33,568 nt of DNA, from the IMG/VR virus record IMGVR_UViG_3300033076_000381, positions 1 through 33,568 of that record; one strand, written 5' to 3'. The notes beneath the pieces are model-generated. The model saw only the letters and a program-made list of their open reading frames with translations, made no database searches and was not told the origin of the DNA. Below, one piece after another: positions 16,613-24,504 of this stretch. Both the position numbers and the translations under genes were made by a program. The stretch's first letter is position 1. Each line of letters begins with the position of its first letter. The DNA is from a virus (lineage: Duplodnaviria; Caudoviricetes).

Positions 16613-18421
16613 ATGACCGATACCGCAACCACCTCGCTGCGCGCCCGCAAGCAGTCTCTGGCCTCGAACCAGAACACTTGGGGCGATCCGTATCTCAACA
16701 CCAATCTTGAGATCTTCGACGCTGGCACGACGCGCTTCGCGACGCTCACGGTCACGGGCGGCAGCTATGTGCTGACCTCGACGGATTACGACAGCAACGC
16801 GGAAGCCATCGCCGCCGGTCTGCATCTATCCGGCACGCTCGGTGCGTCCCTGACCATCGTGGCTCCGGCCCGGCGCAAGATCACGGCTATCCGCAACGAG
16901 ACGACCGGCAACCAGACCGTGACGTGGGGCGTCTCCGGCGGGACGCAGGTCACCGTCCCCAACTACGCGCGCGGCTACGTCTACAACGACGGCACGAACG
17001 CTTTCCAACTTACGCCTTGGTTTTCGACCAGTGGGCGCATCATCAATCTCGTCGATCCGGCGCAGCCGCAGGATGCCGCCACGAAGAACTACGTTGATGC
17101 GTTCACCTACAATCAGCAGGCTTATTTCACCTACACGCTGAGTTCGACGACCACCGACACCAATCCCGGTTCTGGCGGTTTGCAGCTCGACAACTTTGCG
17201 GCGCAGGCGTCGGCGAACTGGATTTACCTGTCGACGTCTCCTACGCAGGGCGGTGACGACGCTGCGTGGCTCGACAGCCTCGACGACAGTACGCAGTCCA
17301 ACGCGCGCGGCACCATCATGCTGCGCTCGACAACAGCGGCCAACAATTGGATGCTCTACACGATCAACACCGTGTCGAGCCGTACGGGCTACCGTGCACT
17401 GGGGGTGACGTATCTCGCCGGGTCGCAGACGTCGCCCTTCTCCAGTGCCATCAGCGTCACGCTGCAGTCGACGCGCGCGGGCGACGGTGGTCCGCAGGGG
17501 CCGACGGGTGCCACGGGTGCCACGGGTCCGCAGGGGCCGGCAGGATCGCTGACGGGTGGCAATCTGCTTGGCGCGCTGGAAGAAGTTCGCGCCCCCGACG
17601 TGCTGTCGGCTTCGACGACGAACATCTGGACGACGAGCGGCAACTACCTGCAGATCACCGGCTCGGGGACGATCCTGAGTTTTGGAACTGCCACGCAGTC
17701 GGGAGGGTCGCGCACCGTCTTCTTTGCGGGCGTCAATACCCTGACGCACTCGGCTGGTCTGCTGATCCTGCCGAATAGCGGCTCGAATATCATCACTGCC
17801 GCCGGGGACCGCGCCATCGTGCGCGCCGACGACTTGAGCGTCGCGCGTGTGATCAGCTACACGCGCGCTGACGGCGCGGGCCTGTCGGCTCCCCTGTCCA
17901 CGCTCCAGCGCGGCACGACGAGCGGCTACGTCCTCACGGCGCAGGGGACCGGTGCCGCTCCGATCTACGCGCTCCAGCCGACGGGGACGACCACCTACTC
18001 CGGCCTTCTGGCGCTCTCGACGAGCGGCAACACGCTCTCCGGCACGGCGACGGACGTCGCGGCAACCCCGCAGGGCGTCAAAGTGCTGTATAGCGTCCTT
18101 CAGCAGAACACGACGTCGGGCAACTACACGCTGTCGTCGGGCGACGCGGGCGGCATGATCTTCCACCCCAACGCCGACACGACCGCGCGCACCTACGTCG
18201 TGCCGCCCAACTCGGTGATCCCGTATCGCATCGGGACGGTCATCACCTTCGTGAACCGCTCGAACAGCGGCGTCGTGACGATCACGATGTCGGCAGACAC
18301 CATGTACTACACCGGCACGCTGTCTTCCTCGGCCAGCCGTACGCTGGGCACCAACGGCCTCGCGACACTGACGAAGACGGACAGCACGGTGTGGATCATT
18401 AGCGGCACGGCTTTGGTATGA
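16613..18421 (+). CDS. Tail fibre protein (602 aa)
   Basis: N-terminal NTWG..LN.NL anchor, INLVDPAQPQDAATKNYVD motif, short collagen segment, C-terminal YTL...DAG...YVVPPN...GTVITFVN...WIISG domain. Confidence 0.75.
   Translation: MTDTATTSLRARKQSLASNQNTWGDPYLNTNLEIFDAGTTRFATLTVTGGSYVLTSTDYDSNAEAIAAGLHLSGTLGASLTIVAPARRKITAIRNETTGNQTVTWGVSGGTQVTVPNYARGYVYNDGTNAFQLTPWFSTSGRIINLVDPAQPQDAATKNYVDAFTYNQQAYFTYTLSSTTTDTNPGSGGLQLDNFAAQASANWIYLSTSPTQGGDDAAWLDSLDDSTQSNARGTIMLRSTTAANNWMLYTINTVSSRTGYRALGVTYLAGSQTSPFSSAISVTLQSTRAGDGGPQGPTGATGATGPQGPAGSLTGGNLLGALEEVRAPDVLSASTTNIWTTSGNYLQITGSGTILSFGTATQSGGSRTVFFAGVNTLTHSAGLLILPNSGSNIITAAGDRAIVRADDLSVARVISYTRADGAGLSAPLSTLQRGTTSGYVLTAQGTGAAPIYALQPTGTTTYSGLLALSTSGNTLSGTATDVAATPQGVKVLYSVLQQNTTSGNYTLSSGDAGGMIFHPNADTTARTYVVPPNSVIPYRIGTVITFVNRSNSGVVTITMSADTMYYTGTLSSSASRTLGTNGLATLTKTDSTVWIISGTALV
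17489..17545 (+). repeat. Short collagen-like Gly-X-Y repeat
   Basis: GPQ GPT GAT GAT GPQ GPA G. Confidence 0.8.
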
Positions 18422-18840
18422 ACGCTAGAATTTTTACAGATGAGCAAAAACAAAAGCGCAAGGATGCTGCGGTGAAATATCGCAAGCAAAATCCAGAAAA
18501 ACATCGTGAGGCTGTTCGCGCTTCGCGAAAAAAGAAACTTGCCGCAGATCCAGAGCACTATAAGAAACAGGATCTGAAGCGGTTTTATGGCGTCTCGCTG
18601 GATTGGTACAAGAAAACTTTGGCAGATCAGAATTACTCCTGTGCGATTTGTAAGAAGCCTGAAACTCTGAATTGCACTCGCTCTGGTAAACCGTTAAATC
18701 TCTCCGTGGATCACTGCCATAGTCGGGGTCACATACGCGGACTGCTGTGCAGCCACTGCAATCGTGCGCTCGGGTTGTTCCGAGATGATCCCTCGGTATT
18801 GGCTTCTGCCATTGCCTACCTAAAAGCGGGATTATCCTGA
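18418..18840 (+). CDS. Endonuclease VII-family (His-Me finger) free-standing endonuclease
   Basis: YGVS...Y...L..Q...CAIC...LSVDHCH..G.IRGLLC..CN.ALG; AT-richer than flanks; ATGA and TGATG overlaps. Confidence 0.9.
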   Translation: MNARIFTDEQKQKRKDAAVKYRKQNPEKHREAVRASRKKKLAADPEHYKKQDLKRFYGVSLDWYKKTLADQNYSCAICKKPETLNCTRSGKPLNLSVDHCHSRGHIRGLLCSHCNRALGLFRDDPSVLASAIAYLKAGLS

Positions 18841-19628
18841 TGGCTGCAATCCACGCAATGGCGATTGCGACTTGGCTGGCAAATGCGGTGCCTGTCGCGC
18901 CGACATCTGTCAACTATCTGGTCGTTGCAGGCGGTGGCGGTGGCGGTGCTGGCGGTGCTGGCGGTGGTGGTGCGGGCGGTTATCGAGAGTCATCTCTTGC
19001 AGTCACGCCGGGGGTTGGAAATACCGTCACGGTCGGCGGTGGCGGTGCAGGCGCATCTGCATCGTTCAATCAAGGTTCAAACGGCAGCGACAGCGTCTTT
19101 AGTTCGATCACATCGACAGGCGGCGGCGGAGGCGGTGCAAGCGGTACCGGTATCGGCTCTGGTGGTTCTGGTGGCGGTGGTGGCGTAGGCGTTCCCACTC
19201 ACGGCAACGGGACTGGTGGACAGGGCAATAACGGTGGCGATGGTGGCGCTTCCGGTGGTGGCGGTGGCGGTGGCGCTTCGGCGGTTGGCGGTAACGGCAA
19301 CGCAGGCCCCGGCGGTAACGGTACGGCGTCCAGCATCAGCGGATCCAGTGTCACGCGCGCGGGCGGCGGCGGCAATTCATCCGGCGGCGCTGGTGGATCT
19401 GGCGGCGGCGGTACGGCTGGCGCTGGTGCGTCTGGCACGACGAATACGGGCGGCGGCGGTGCAGGTTGGGACGGCTCCAACGTCGGCAACGGCGGATCCG
19501 GCATCGTCGTGATCTCGTACCCCAACACGTTCGCGCAGGCGACGTCGACAACCGGATCTCCGACGTTCTTGAACAGCGGCGGAAATTACATCTACATTTT
19601 CAACAATTCGGGGAGCATCACGTTCTGA
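18840..19628 (+). CDS. Glycine-rich tail-tip/receptor-binding-type protein
   Basis: VNYLVVAGGGGGG...VTVGGGG...GSDSVF...NTGGGG...GGSGIVVISYP...IYIFNNSGSITF; polyglycine-II-type domain. Confidence 0.7.
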   Translation: MAAIHAMAIATWLANAVPVAPTSVNYLVVAGGGGGGAGGAGGGGAGGYRESSLAVTPGVGNTVTVGGGGAGASASFNQGSNGSDSVFSSITSTGGGGGGASGTGIGSGGSGGGGGVGVPTHGNGTGGQGNNGGDGGASGGGGGGGASAVGGNGNAGPGGNGTASSISGSSVTRAGGGGNSSGGAGGSGGGGTAGAGASGTTNTGGGGAGWDGSNVGNGGSGIVVISYPNTFAQATSTTGSPTFLNSGGNYIYIFNNSGSITF

Positions 19629-19963
19629 TGGCTCACTTCGCAGGCATCGATGCAAACAACGTCGTGCGCGCCGTGAACCGGATCGCCGACACAGACGCGC
19701 CGACCGAGGCGGAAGGCGTGGCGTTCTGTCATTCACTCTGGGGCACAGAGCTGACGTGGCTGCAGACGTCGTACAATGGCAGCATCCGCAAAAACTACGC
19801 GGGCGTGGGCTACACTTACGACGCCGGGCGCGATGCGTTCATCCCGCCAAAGCCAGCGCCAGATTATATTTTCCGCGAGAAGACTTGCCGATGGATGCAC
19901 CCCTCGTGGCCCGGCGAGCCTTACGAGTGGAGCGAGCAACAGCAGGGATGGGTGCTGCCGTGA
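19628..19963 (+). CDS. Probable fibre-associated chaperone (111 aa)
   Basis: TGATG overlap; MAHFA.ID.NNVV...WLQTSYNGSIRKNYAGVGYTYD..RDAFIPPKP, a family I recall directly following Gly-rich tip genes. Confidence 0.6.
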   Translation: MAHFAGIDANNVVRAVNRIADTDAPTEAEGVAFCHSLWGTELTWLQTSYNGSIRKNYAGVGYTYDAGRDAFIPPKPAPDYIFREKTCRWMHPSWPGEPYEWSEQQQGWVLP

Positions 19964-20433
19964 TCGCACTTTACGCTGCATGGTGCGGTCTGTGCTGGAT
20001 GCTGCGTGGCGGTAAGTTCGGCGCTATCTGGCGCAAAATGTTCGGCTGGGAACCGGGCACGACGATCACGCGGATCGGCTGTGCCGTGCTGATGGCTGCG
20101 CCGCTCGGCGTTATCGACCCAGCATATGCCGCGTGTGTCGTGACAATCTATGCCGCGATGACCATCGGTTACTTTAACAACGCAATGGGACTTGAAAAGC
20201 CGGTCGACTACCTGCTGATGGCGTTCTGGGGTGTCGTGGTTCTTGCCATCATGCTGGCATCCAACGTGACGCTGGCCGCCTTCACGTTCGCACCTGCTGG
20301 CGCGCTTGTCGCAGTAGCCTACGGCATCAACAAACCCCTCGGTCGGCGCTTCGGGCTGGACTGGACCGAGCGTGCCGAGCTGACGACCGGCGCTGTTTTT
20401 GGCGCTGCCTTGTGGAGTGCTGCATGGGCCTGA
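19960..20433 (+). CDS. Polytopic membrane protein (157 aa)
   Basis: GTGA overlap; about 5 hydrophobic segments. Confidence 0.65.
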   Translation: MIALYAAWCGLCWMLRGGKFGAIWRKMFGWEPGTTITRIGCAVLMAAPLGVIDPAYAACVVTIYAAMTIGYFNNAMGLEKPVDYLLMAFWGVVVLAIMLASNVTLAAFTFAPAGALVAVAYGINKPLGRRFGLDWTERAELTTGAVFGAALWSAAWA

Positions 20434-22736
20434 CGGTCGTCCCGTACAAGGCTGGCGTCGTCAAGGACGACCCGATCTACACGCGCGAGGGCTACGCCTC
20501 CGACGCGCAGTGGATACGCTGGGTGCGCGGACAGGCGCAGGCGCAGGGCGGATACAGCCTTGCGCCGTCGGACGGGGCTACTTACAGCGGCGTCGCGCGC
20601 GGCCTGTTCTCGTGGGCCGACACGCAGGGCCTCGTCTACGCCGCCGTCGGCACCAGCAAAAAGCTGATGACGTTCATCGACGGCACGCTCTACAACGTCA
20701 CGCCGAAGCGGTCCAACGGCATCTTCGCCGGGTCGACGCCATTCTCGACGACGAGCGGGTCGACGACTGTCGTCGTCACGCTGACCGACCACCAAGCCAA
20801 GAGTGGCGACTGCGTGTACGTCTCGGGCGACAGCACCTTCAACAACGTGCGCCTCGGCGGCGGCAGCGGGTCGTTCGCCGCCAGCCCGTTCTACACGGTC
20901 GCCGGATCCAACCGCGTCATCTGCACGCTTGCCAATCACGGCATGGCCTCGTGGGACGAGATCACGATCTCCGGCGCGTCGGCCGTCAACGGCATCACGA
21001 TGAGCGGCCCCTATCTGGCGCTCGTGTACGACACCTCGACGTTCGTGATCTACAATGCGACGGCCGCCACCGGCACCGGGGCGGGAGGCGGAACGCCGGC
21101 CTACGTCATCGCGAAGCCGCACGAGGTGACGTATATCGACGACAATTCCTTCAGCGTCGTGTCGACGACCGTCGCGAATGCCACCGGATCCGGCGGCGGG
21201 GCAAACGTCAACTACCTGTTCGAGATGAGCGTCGGCCTTGAAAATGGTCAGGGCGCGGGCGGATACGGCACCGGCACCTACGGCTCGGGGTTGTACGGCG
21301 TCTCGGAGACGGCCCCCGACACGACCAACCCCCGCACTTGGAGCTTCGACAATCTGGGCGCGACGCTCTACGCCTGCCCGCTCGGCGGCGCGCTCTACAC
21401 ATGGACGCGCAACTGGTCGCAGCGCGCCGCGCGCGTCACGACCGGCCCGCAGCGCAACGCCTACATGCTCGTGACCAACGAGCGGTTCGTCATGGTGGCT
21501 GGCACGACGCAGATCGGCGTGCTGTCTTCGACGACGAGCAATCCCATCGTCACCGTGTCTGGTTCCCCCATCATCAAGATGGAGGTCGGCGCGGATGGTT
21601 GGCAGGTCGGCGACGAGATCCAGATCCAGTCCGGGCTGACGGCGGTCGGCGGCGTCACGGTGATCGACAACTACATTGTCAGCAAGGTCAACTCGACGAC
21701 GAACATCGAGTTCGTCCACACGACCTACGCGACGGCGACGGCTTCCGGCGGCGGCAACGGCTCCTACCGGCGCAACCCGTATGTGCCCATGCGGATCCGC
21801 AACAGCGACGGCGGCGTCAACGGCGACGTCTCGATGTGGACCCCGAGCGCCTCGAACCTTGCGGGCGGCTTCAGCGCGACCATCGGATCGAACATGGTGG
21901 CGCTGCGCCACAGCCGGGCGGGCATTTACGGCTGGTCGGACTACGCCATGTATTTCCTGCGCTACACCGGTCAGCAGGACAATCCCTACAGCATCGACAT
22001 GCTCGGGCAGGGCTGCGGCCTGCTCGGCCCCAACGCGGCCGTCGAGCAGGACGGCACGGCGTACTGGATGTCCAAGGCGCGCGTGCCGTACATCTACAAC
22101 GGCGGCGTGCCGCGCCCGATCCCCTCGCCGATGAAGAAATACTTCCTCGACCGCCTCGCAACATCGCAGGAATACAAGGTTTTTGCCGTCTACGACGCGC
22201 TTTACCCTGCCGTCACTTGGTATTATCCTAGCAACACGCAGGCAACCTCGACCTACGAGAACGACAGTTACATTCGCGTCGACCTGTTGGAAGTGTCACA
22301 GGACGCCAACGCCGGTTGGAGCAACGGCTCCATCGTTGTAACTGCCGCTCTGGATCGTGGCCTGATCTCCCTACCCCTCACGACGAATGCGTCGGGGCAG
22401 CTTTTTTACATGGAGACAGGCGACTTGGCGAACGGTGCCACCCTCTCGCGCTCGGTAACATACGCCCCGCTCGACATTGCGGACGGCGACAAGGTGATGA
22501 ACGTGCGCCGCTGGGTCGTCAACGAAGACCAGCAGGGCACCGTCAACCTGACGCTCGGGTTCAAGCGGTGGCCGACCGACACCGAGACGGTGAAGGGGCC
22601 GTACCAGATCACGGCGACGACGCTCAAGACGGACGTGCGCGGTCAGGGGCGACAGATGTCGGCGCTGTTCCAGTCCAACAGCTACTTTCGGCTGGGCAAG
22701 AGCCGCATTGATACGACGCCGGGGGGCTACCGATGA
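20424..22736 (+). CDS. Tail nozzle / head-closure protein (P22 gp10 / T7 gp12-like beta-propeller), 770 aa
   Basis: RBS GGAG then ATG 20424; GVVKD...Y, WSFDNLG, W.P...N.AG, GCGLLGPNA, WYYPS, R.QGRQ, FRLGK.RID; no tape measure or tail tube gene nearby. Confidence 0.7.
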   Translation: MGLTVVPYKAGVVKDDPIYTREGYASDAQWIRWVRGQAQAQGGYSLAPSDGATYSGVARGLFSWADTQGLVYAAVGTSKKLMTFIDGTLYNVTPKRSNGIFAGSTPFSTTSGSTTVVVTLTDHQAKSGDCVYVSGDSTFNNVRLGGGSGSFAASPFYTVAGSNRVICTLANHGMASWDEITISGASAVNGITMSGPYLALVYDTSTFVIYNATAATGTGAGGGTPAYVIAKPHEVTYIDDNSFSVVSTTVANATGSGGGANVNYLFEMSVGLENGQGAGGYGTGTYGSGLYGVSETAPDTTNPRTWSFDNLGATLYACPLGGALYTWTRNWSQRAARVTTGPQRNAYMLVTNERFVMVAGTTQIGVLSSTTSNPIVTVSGSPIIKMEVGADGWQVGDEIQIQSGLTAVGGVTVIDNYIVSKVNSTTNIEFVHTTYATATASGGGNGSYRRNPYVPMRIRNSDGGVNGDVSMWTPSASNLAGGFSATIGSNMVALRHSRAGIYGWSDYAMYFLRYTGQQDNPYSIDMLGQGCGLLGPNAAVEQDGTAYWMSKARVPYIYNGGVPRPIPSPMKKYFLDRLATSQEYKVFAVYDALYPAVTWYYPSNTQATSTYENDSYIRVDLLEVSQDANAGWSNGSIVVTAALDRGLISLPLTTNASGQLFYMETGDLANGATLSRSVTYAPLDIADGDKVMNVRRWVVNEDQQGTVNLTLGFKRWPTDTETVKGPYQITATTLKTDVRGQGRQMSALFQSNSYFRLGKSRIDTTPGGYR

Positions 22737-23074
22737 GCCAGATCCCGCGCCTGCCCGCGCCGCCCAGCTCGCAAGGCATTCCGCCGGAGTTTCTTGCGTG
22801 GGCGCAGGATCTCGTGTTCACGCTCCAGCGGTTCATGGAAGACGTGCAGCGCGACTACCAGCCGGTCAATGCGCCGGTCGTGCTGGTGCCATCGACCGTC
22901 AGCGGCCTCAACGGCTACCTGACGGCGAGCGGCGTCTACCGCTACAAGCCCGCGCTGACCCAGAACAGCGCGGCGCGCCTCGCGTTCTGCTCGAATGCCT
23001 CCGGGGGTGCCGTGCCCGTCTACAGCAACGGCACGCAGTGGCTGCGCGTAACTGACGGATCGGTGATCTCATGA
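22733..23074 (+). CDS. Small tail-associated protein (113 aa)
   Basis: ATGA overlaps at both ends; C-terminal LAFCSNASGGAVPVYSNGTQWLRV trimeric-tip-like motif. Confidence 0.55.
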   Translation: MSQIPRLPAPPSSQGIPPEFLAWAQDLVFTLQRFMEDVQRDYQPVNAPVVLVPSTVSGLNGYLTASGVYRYKPALTQNSAARLAFCSNASGGAVPVYSNGTQWLRVTDGSVIS

Positions 23075-24495
23075 GCATGTCCATCCGCCTCCCGACGAGC
23101 GATTTTGGCTTCAACGAGGGCTACTACCTCTCCGCCAATCCCGACGTCGCCGCGCTCGTGCAGCAGGGCGTGTACCCCTCGGGGCGCGCGCACTACGAGG
23201 AACTCGGCCGCCTTCAGGGGCGCACGCCGATGGAGGGCGGCAACACCGGCAGTGTGCTGCCGCGTGGCATCCAGCGGTGGCGGCAGTCTGTCAACGGCGA
23301 CAATCCCCTGATGCCGCTTGGCAGCGGCAGCGGGTCGCCCTTCGTGGCACTGCCTCCGGCTGCGGATCCGTCGGCGAATGCGGGCGCGAGCGCGACGCCT
23401 GCGCTTGGTGGTGGACCGCCGCAAAGCGCGACTTACGGCTACCAGCACGACGGGCAGGGCGGCTACTCGAATGACGGCATGGGCGGCAAGGAGATCGGCG
23501 GCCCGAGCGGGTCGACCGCGACAGGCAGCCTTGCGGATATTGGCGGCTGGGGTCGGCTCGGATCGGTCGTCGGCAACATGTTTGGCGGCACGCTTGCTGG
23601 CCTTGGACTTGGAGCTATCGGTCGCGGCTTTGACGTCTCCAAGGCAAACGACGAACTCGATGCGCTTGGGCTTGGTCGCCCCGTTGGCATGCTGGGCCTA
23701 CCGGGATCCAGTCCATTCAATTTCTCCCCCGGCATGAACACGTTCTCCGGCGCGCAGGCGCAGAAGGATGCCGTGAAGGGCATCGAGGCGCGCGCCAACA
23801 TGATCGACCGGAGGGATGCAGTGAATGAAGAGGATGCCGCCGGTTTGAGTGCTGCATCGCAGGCCATGGCGCGCGCCAATGAACTCGAAGCCTACAACAG
23901 TGAAGCTGCGGCGCGAGAGGCGGCTGCGGCTGCGGCTGCTACGGCGAATGCCCAAGCCCAAGCGGCCGACGTCATGTCGGAAATGAACTCCGGCAGTGGC
24001 GGAGGCGGAAATGGCGGTGGCGCGGCGGGGACCGAAAGCGGGGGCGGTCAGGGTGGAATGACGGGTGACCGTGGCGATCCCGGCGATGGGGGAGACTTCG
24101 CACTCGGCGGCCGCATCCGCCGCCGTTTCGCTTCCGGCGGATTGAACATCCAGCCGTGGGACACGATCAACGCCGACGTCGACAAGCGCGGCCTGACGAG
24201 CGCGTCGGCATACGAAAGCACCGGCCAGAAGATGGCGCTCGGCGGCATGACGCAGCCCGGCAACAACCCGATCCACGCCGCGCTCGGCACGCAGGTGCGC
24301 GGTCCCGGCACCGGGCGCTCCGACGAGGTTCCCGCGATGCTCTCGCCGGATGAATACGTCATCCCGGCCGACGTCGTCGCGGCGCTTGGCGACGGATCCA
24401 GCAACGCGGGCGCAAAGAAGCTCGCCGACCTTGTGGTCGGCACGCGCGCCAAGTATCGCAAGAAGCTCGGCTCGCTGCCGCCGCCGAAGGCATAG
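23071..24495 (+). CDS. Internal virion protein with three FxxGG-type motifs and C-terminal GPGTGRSD...EYV domain
   Basis: FALGG, FASGG, MALGG, then VRGPGTGRSDEVPAMLSPDEYVIPADVV; N-terminal FNE.YYL.ANPDVA motif. Confidence 0.65.
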   Translation: MSMSIRLPTSDFGFNEGYYLSANPDVAALVQQGVYPSGRAHYEELGRLQGRTPMEGGNTGSVLPRGIQRWRQSVNGDNPLMPLGSGSGSPFVALPPAADPSANAGASATPALGGGPPQSATYGYQHDGQGGYSNDGMGGKEIGGPSGSTATGSLADIGGWGRLGSVVGNMFGGTLAGLGLGAIGRGFDVSKANDELDALGLGRPVGMLGLPGSSPFNFSPGMNTFSGAQAQKDAVKGIEARANMIDRRDAVNEEDAAGLSAASQAMARANELEAYNSEAAAREAAAAAAATANAQAQAADVMSEMNSGSGGGGNGGGAAGTESGGGQGGMTGDRGDPGDGGDFALGGRIRRRFASGGLNIQPWDTINADVDKRGLTSASAYESTGQKMALGGMTQPGNNPIHAALGTQVRGPGTGRSDEVPAMLSPDEYVIPADVVAALGDGSSNAGAKKLADLVVGTRAKYRKKLGSLPPPKA

Positions 24496-24504
24496 GAGAA
24501 CACA

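Noticed and set aside
18418-18840. Dedicated Holliday junction resolvase for packaging
   Set aside because: Cannot be excluded, but atypical composition and position inside tail genes fit a mobile endonuclease better.
18930-19500. GGTGGC/GGCGGT runs as a DNA repeat array or CRISPR
   Set aside because: They simply encode poly-Gly tracts; no constant repeat-spacer periodicity.
18840-24060. Other GG dipeptides (Gly-rich tip protein, SGGG in nozzle repeats, MLRGG in the membrane protein) as members of the GG-tag set
   Set aside because: They lie in poly-Gly or folded/membrane contexts and lack the basic-linker setting; not counted.
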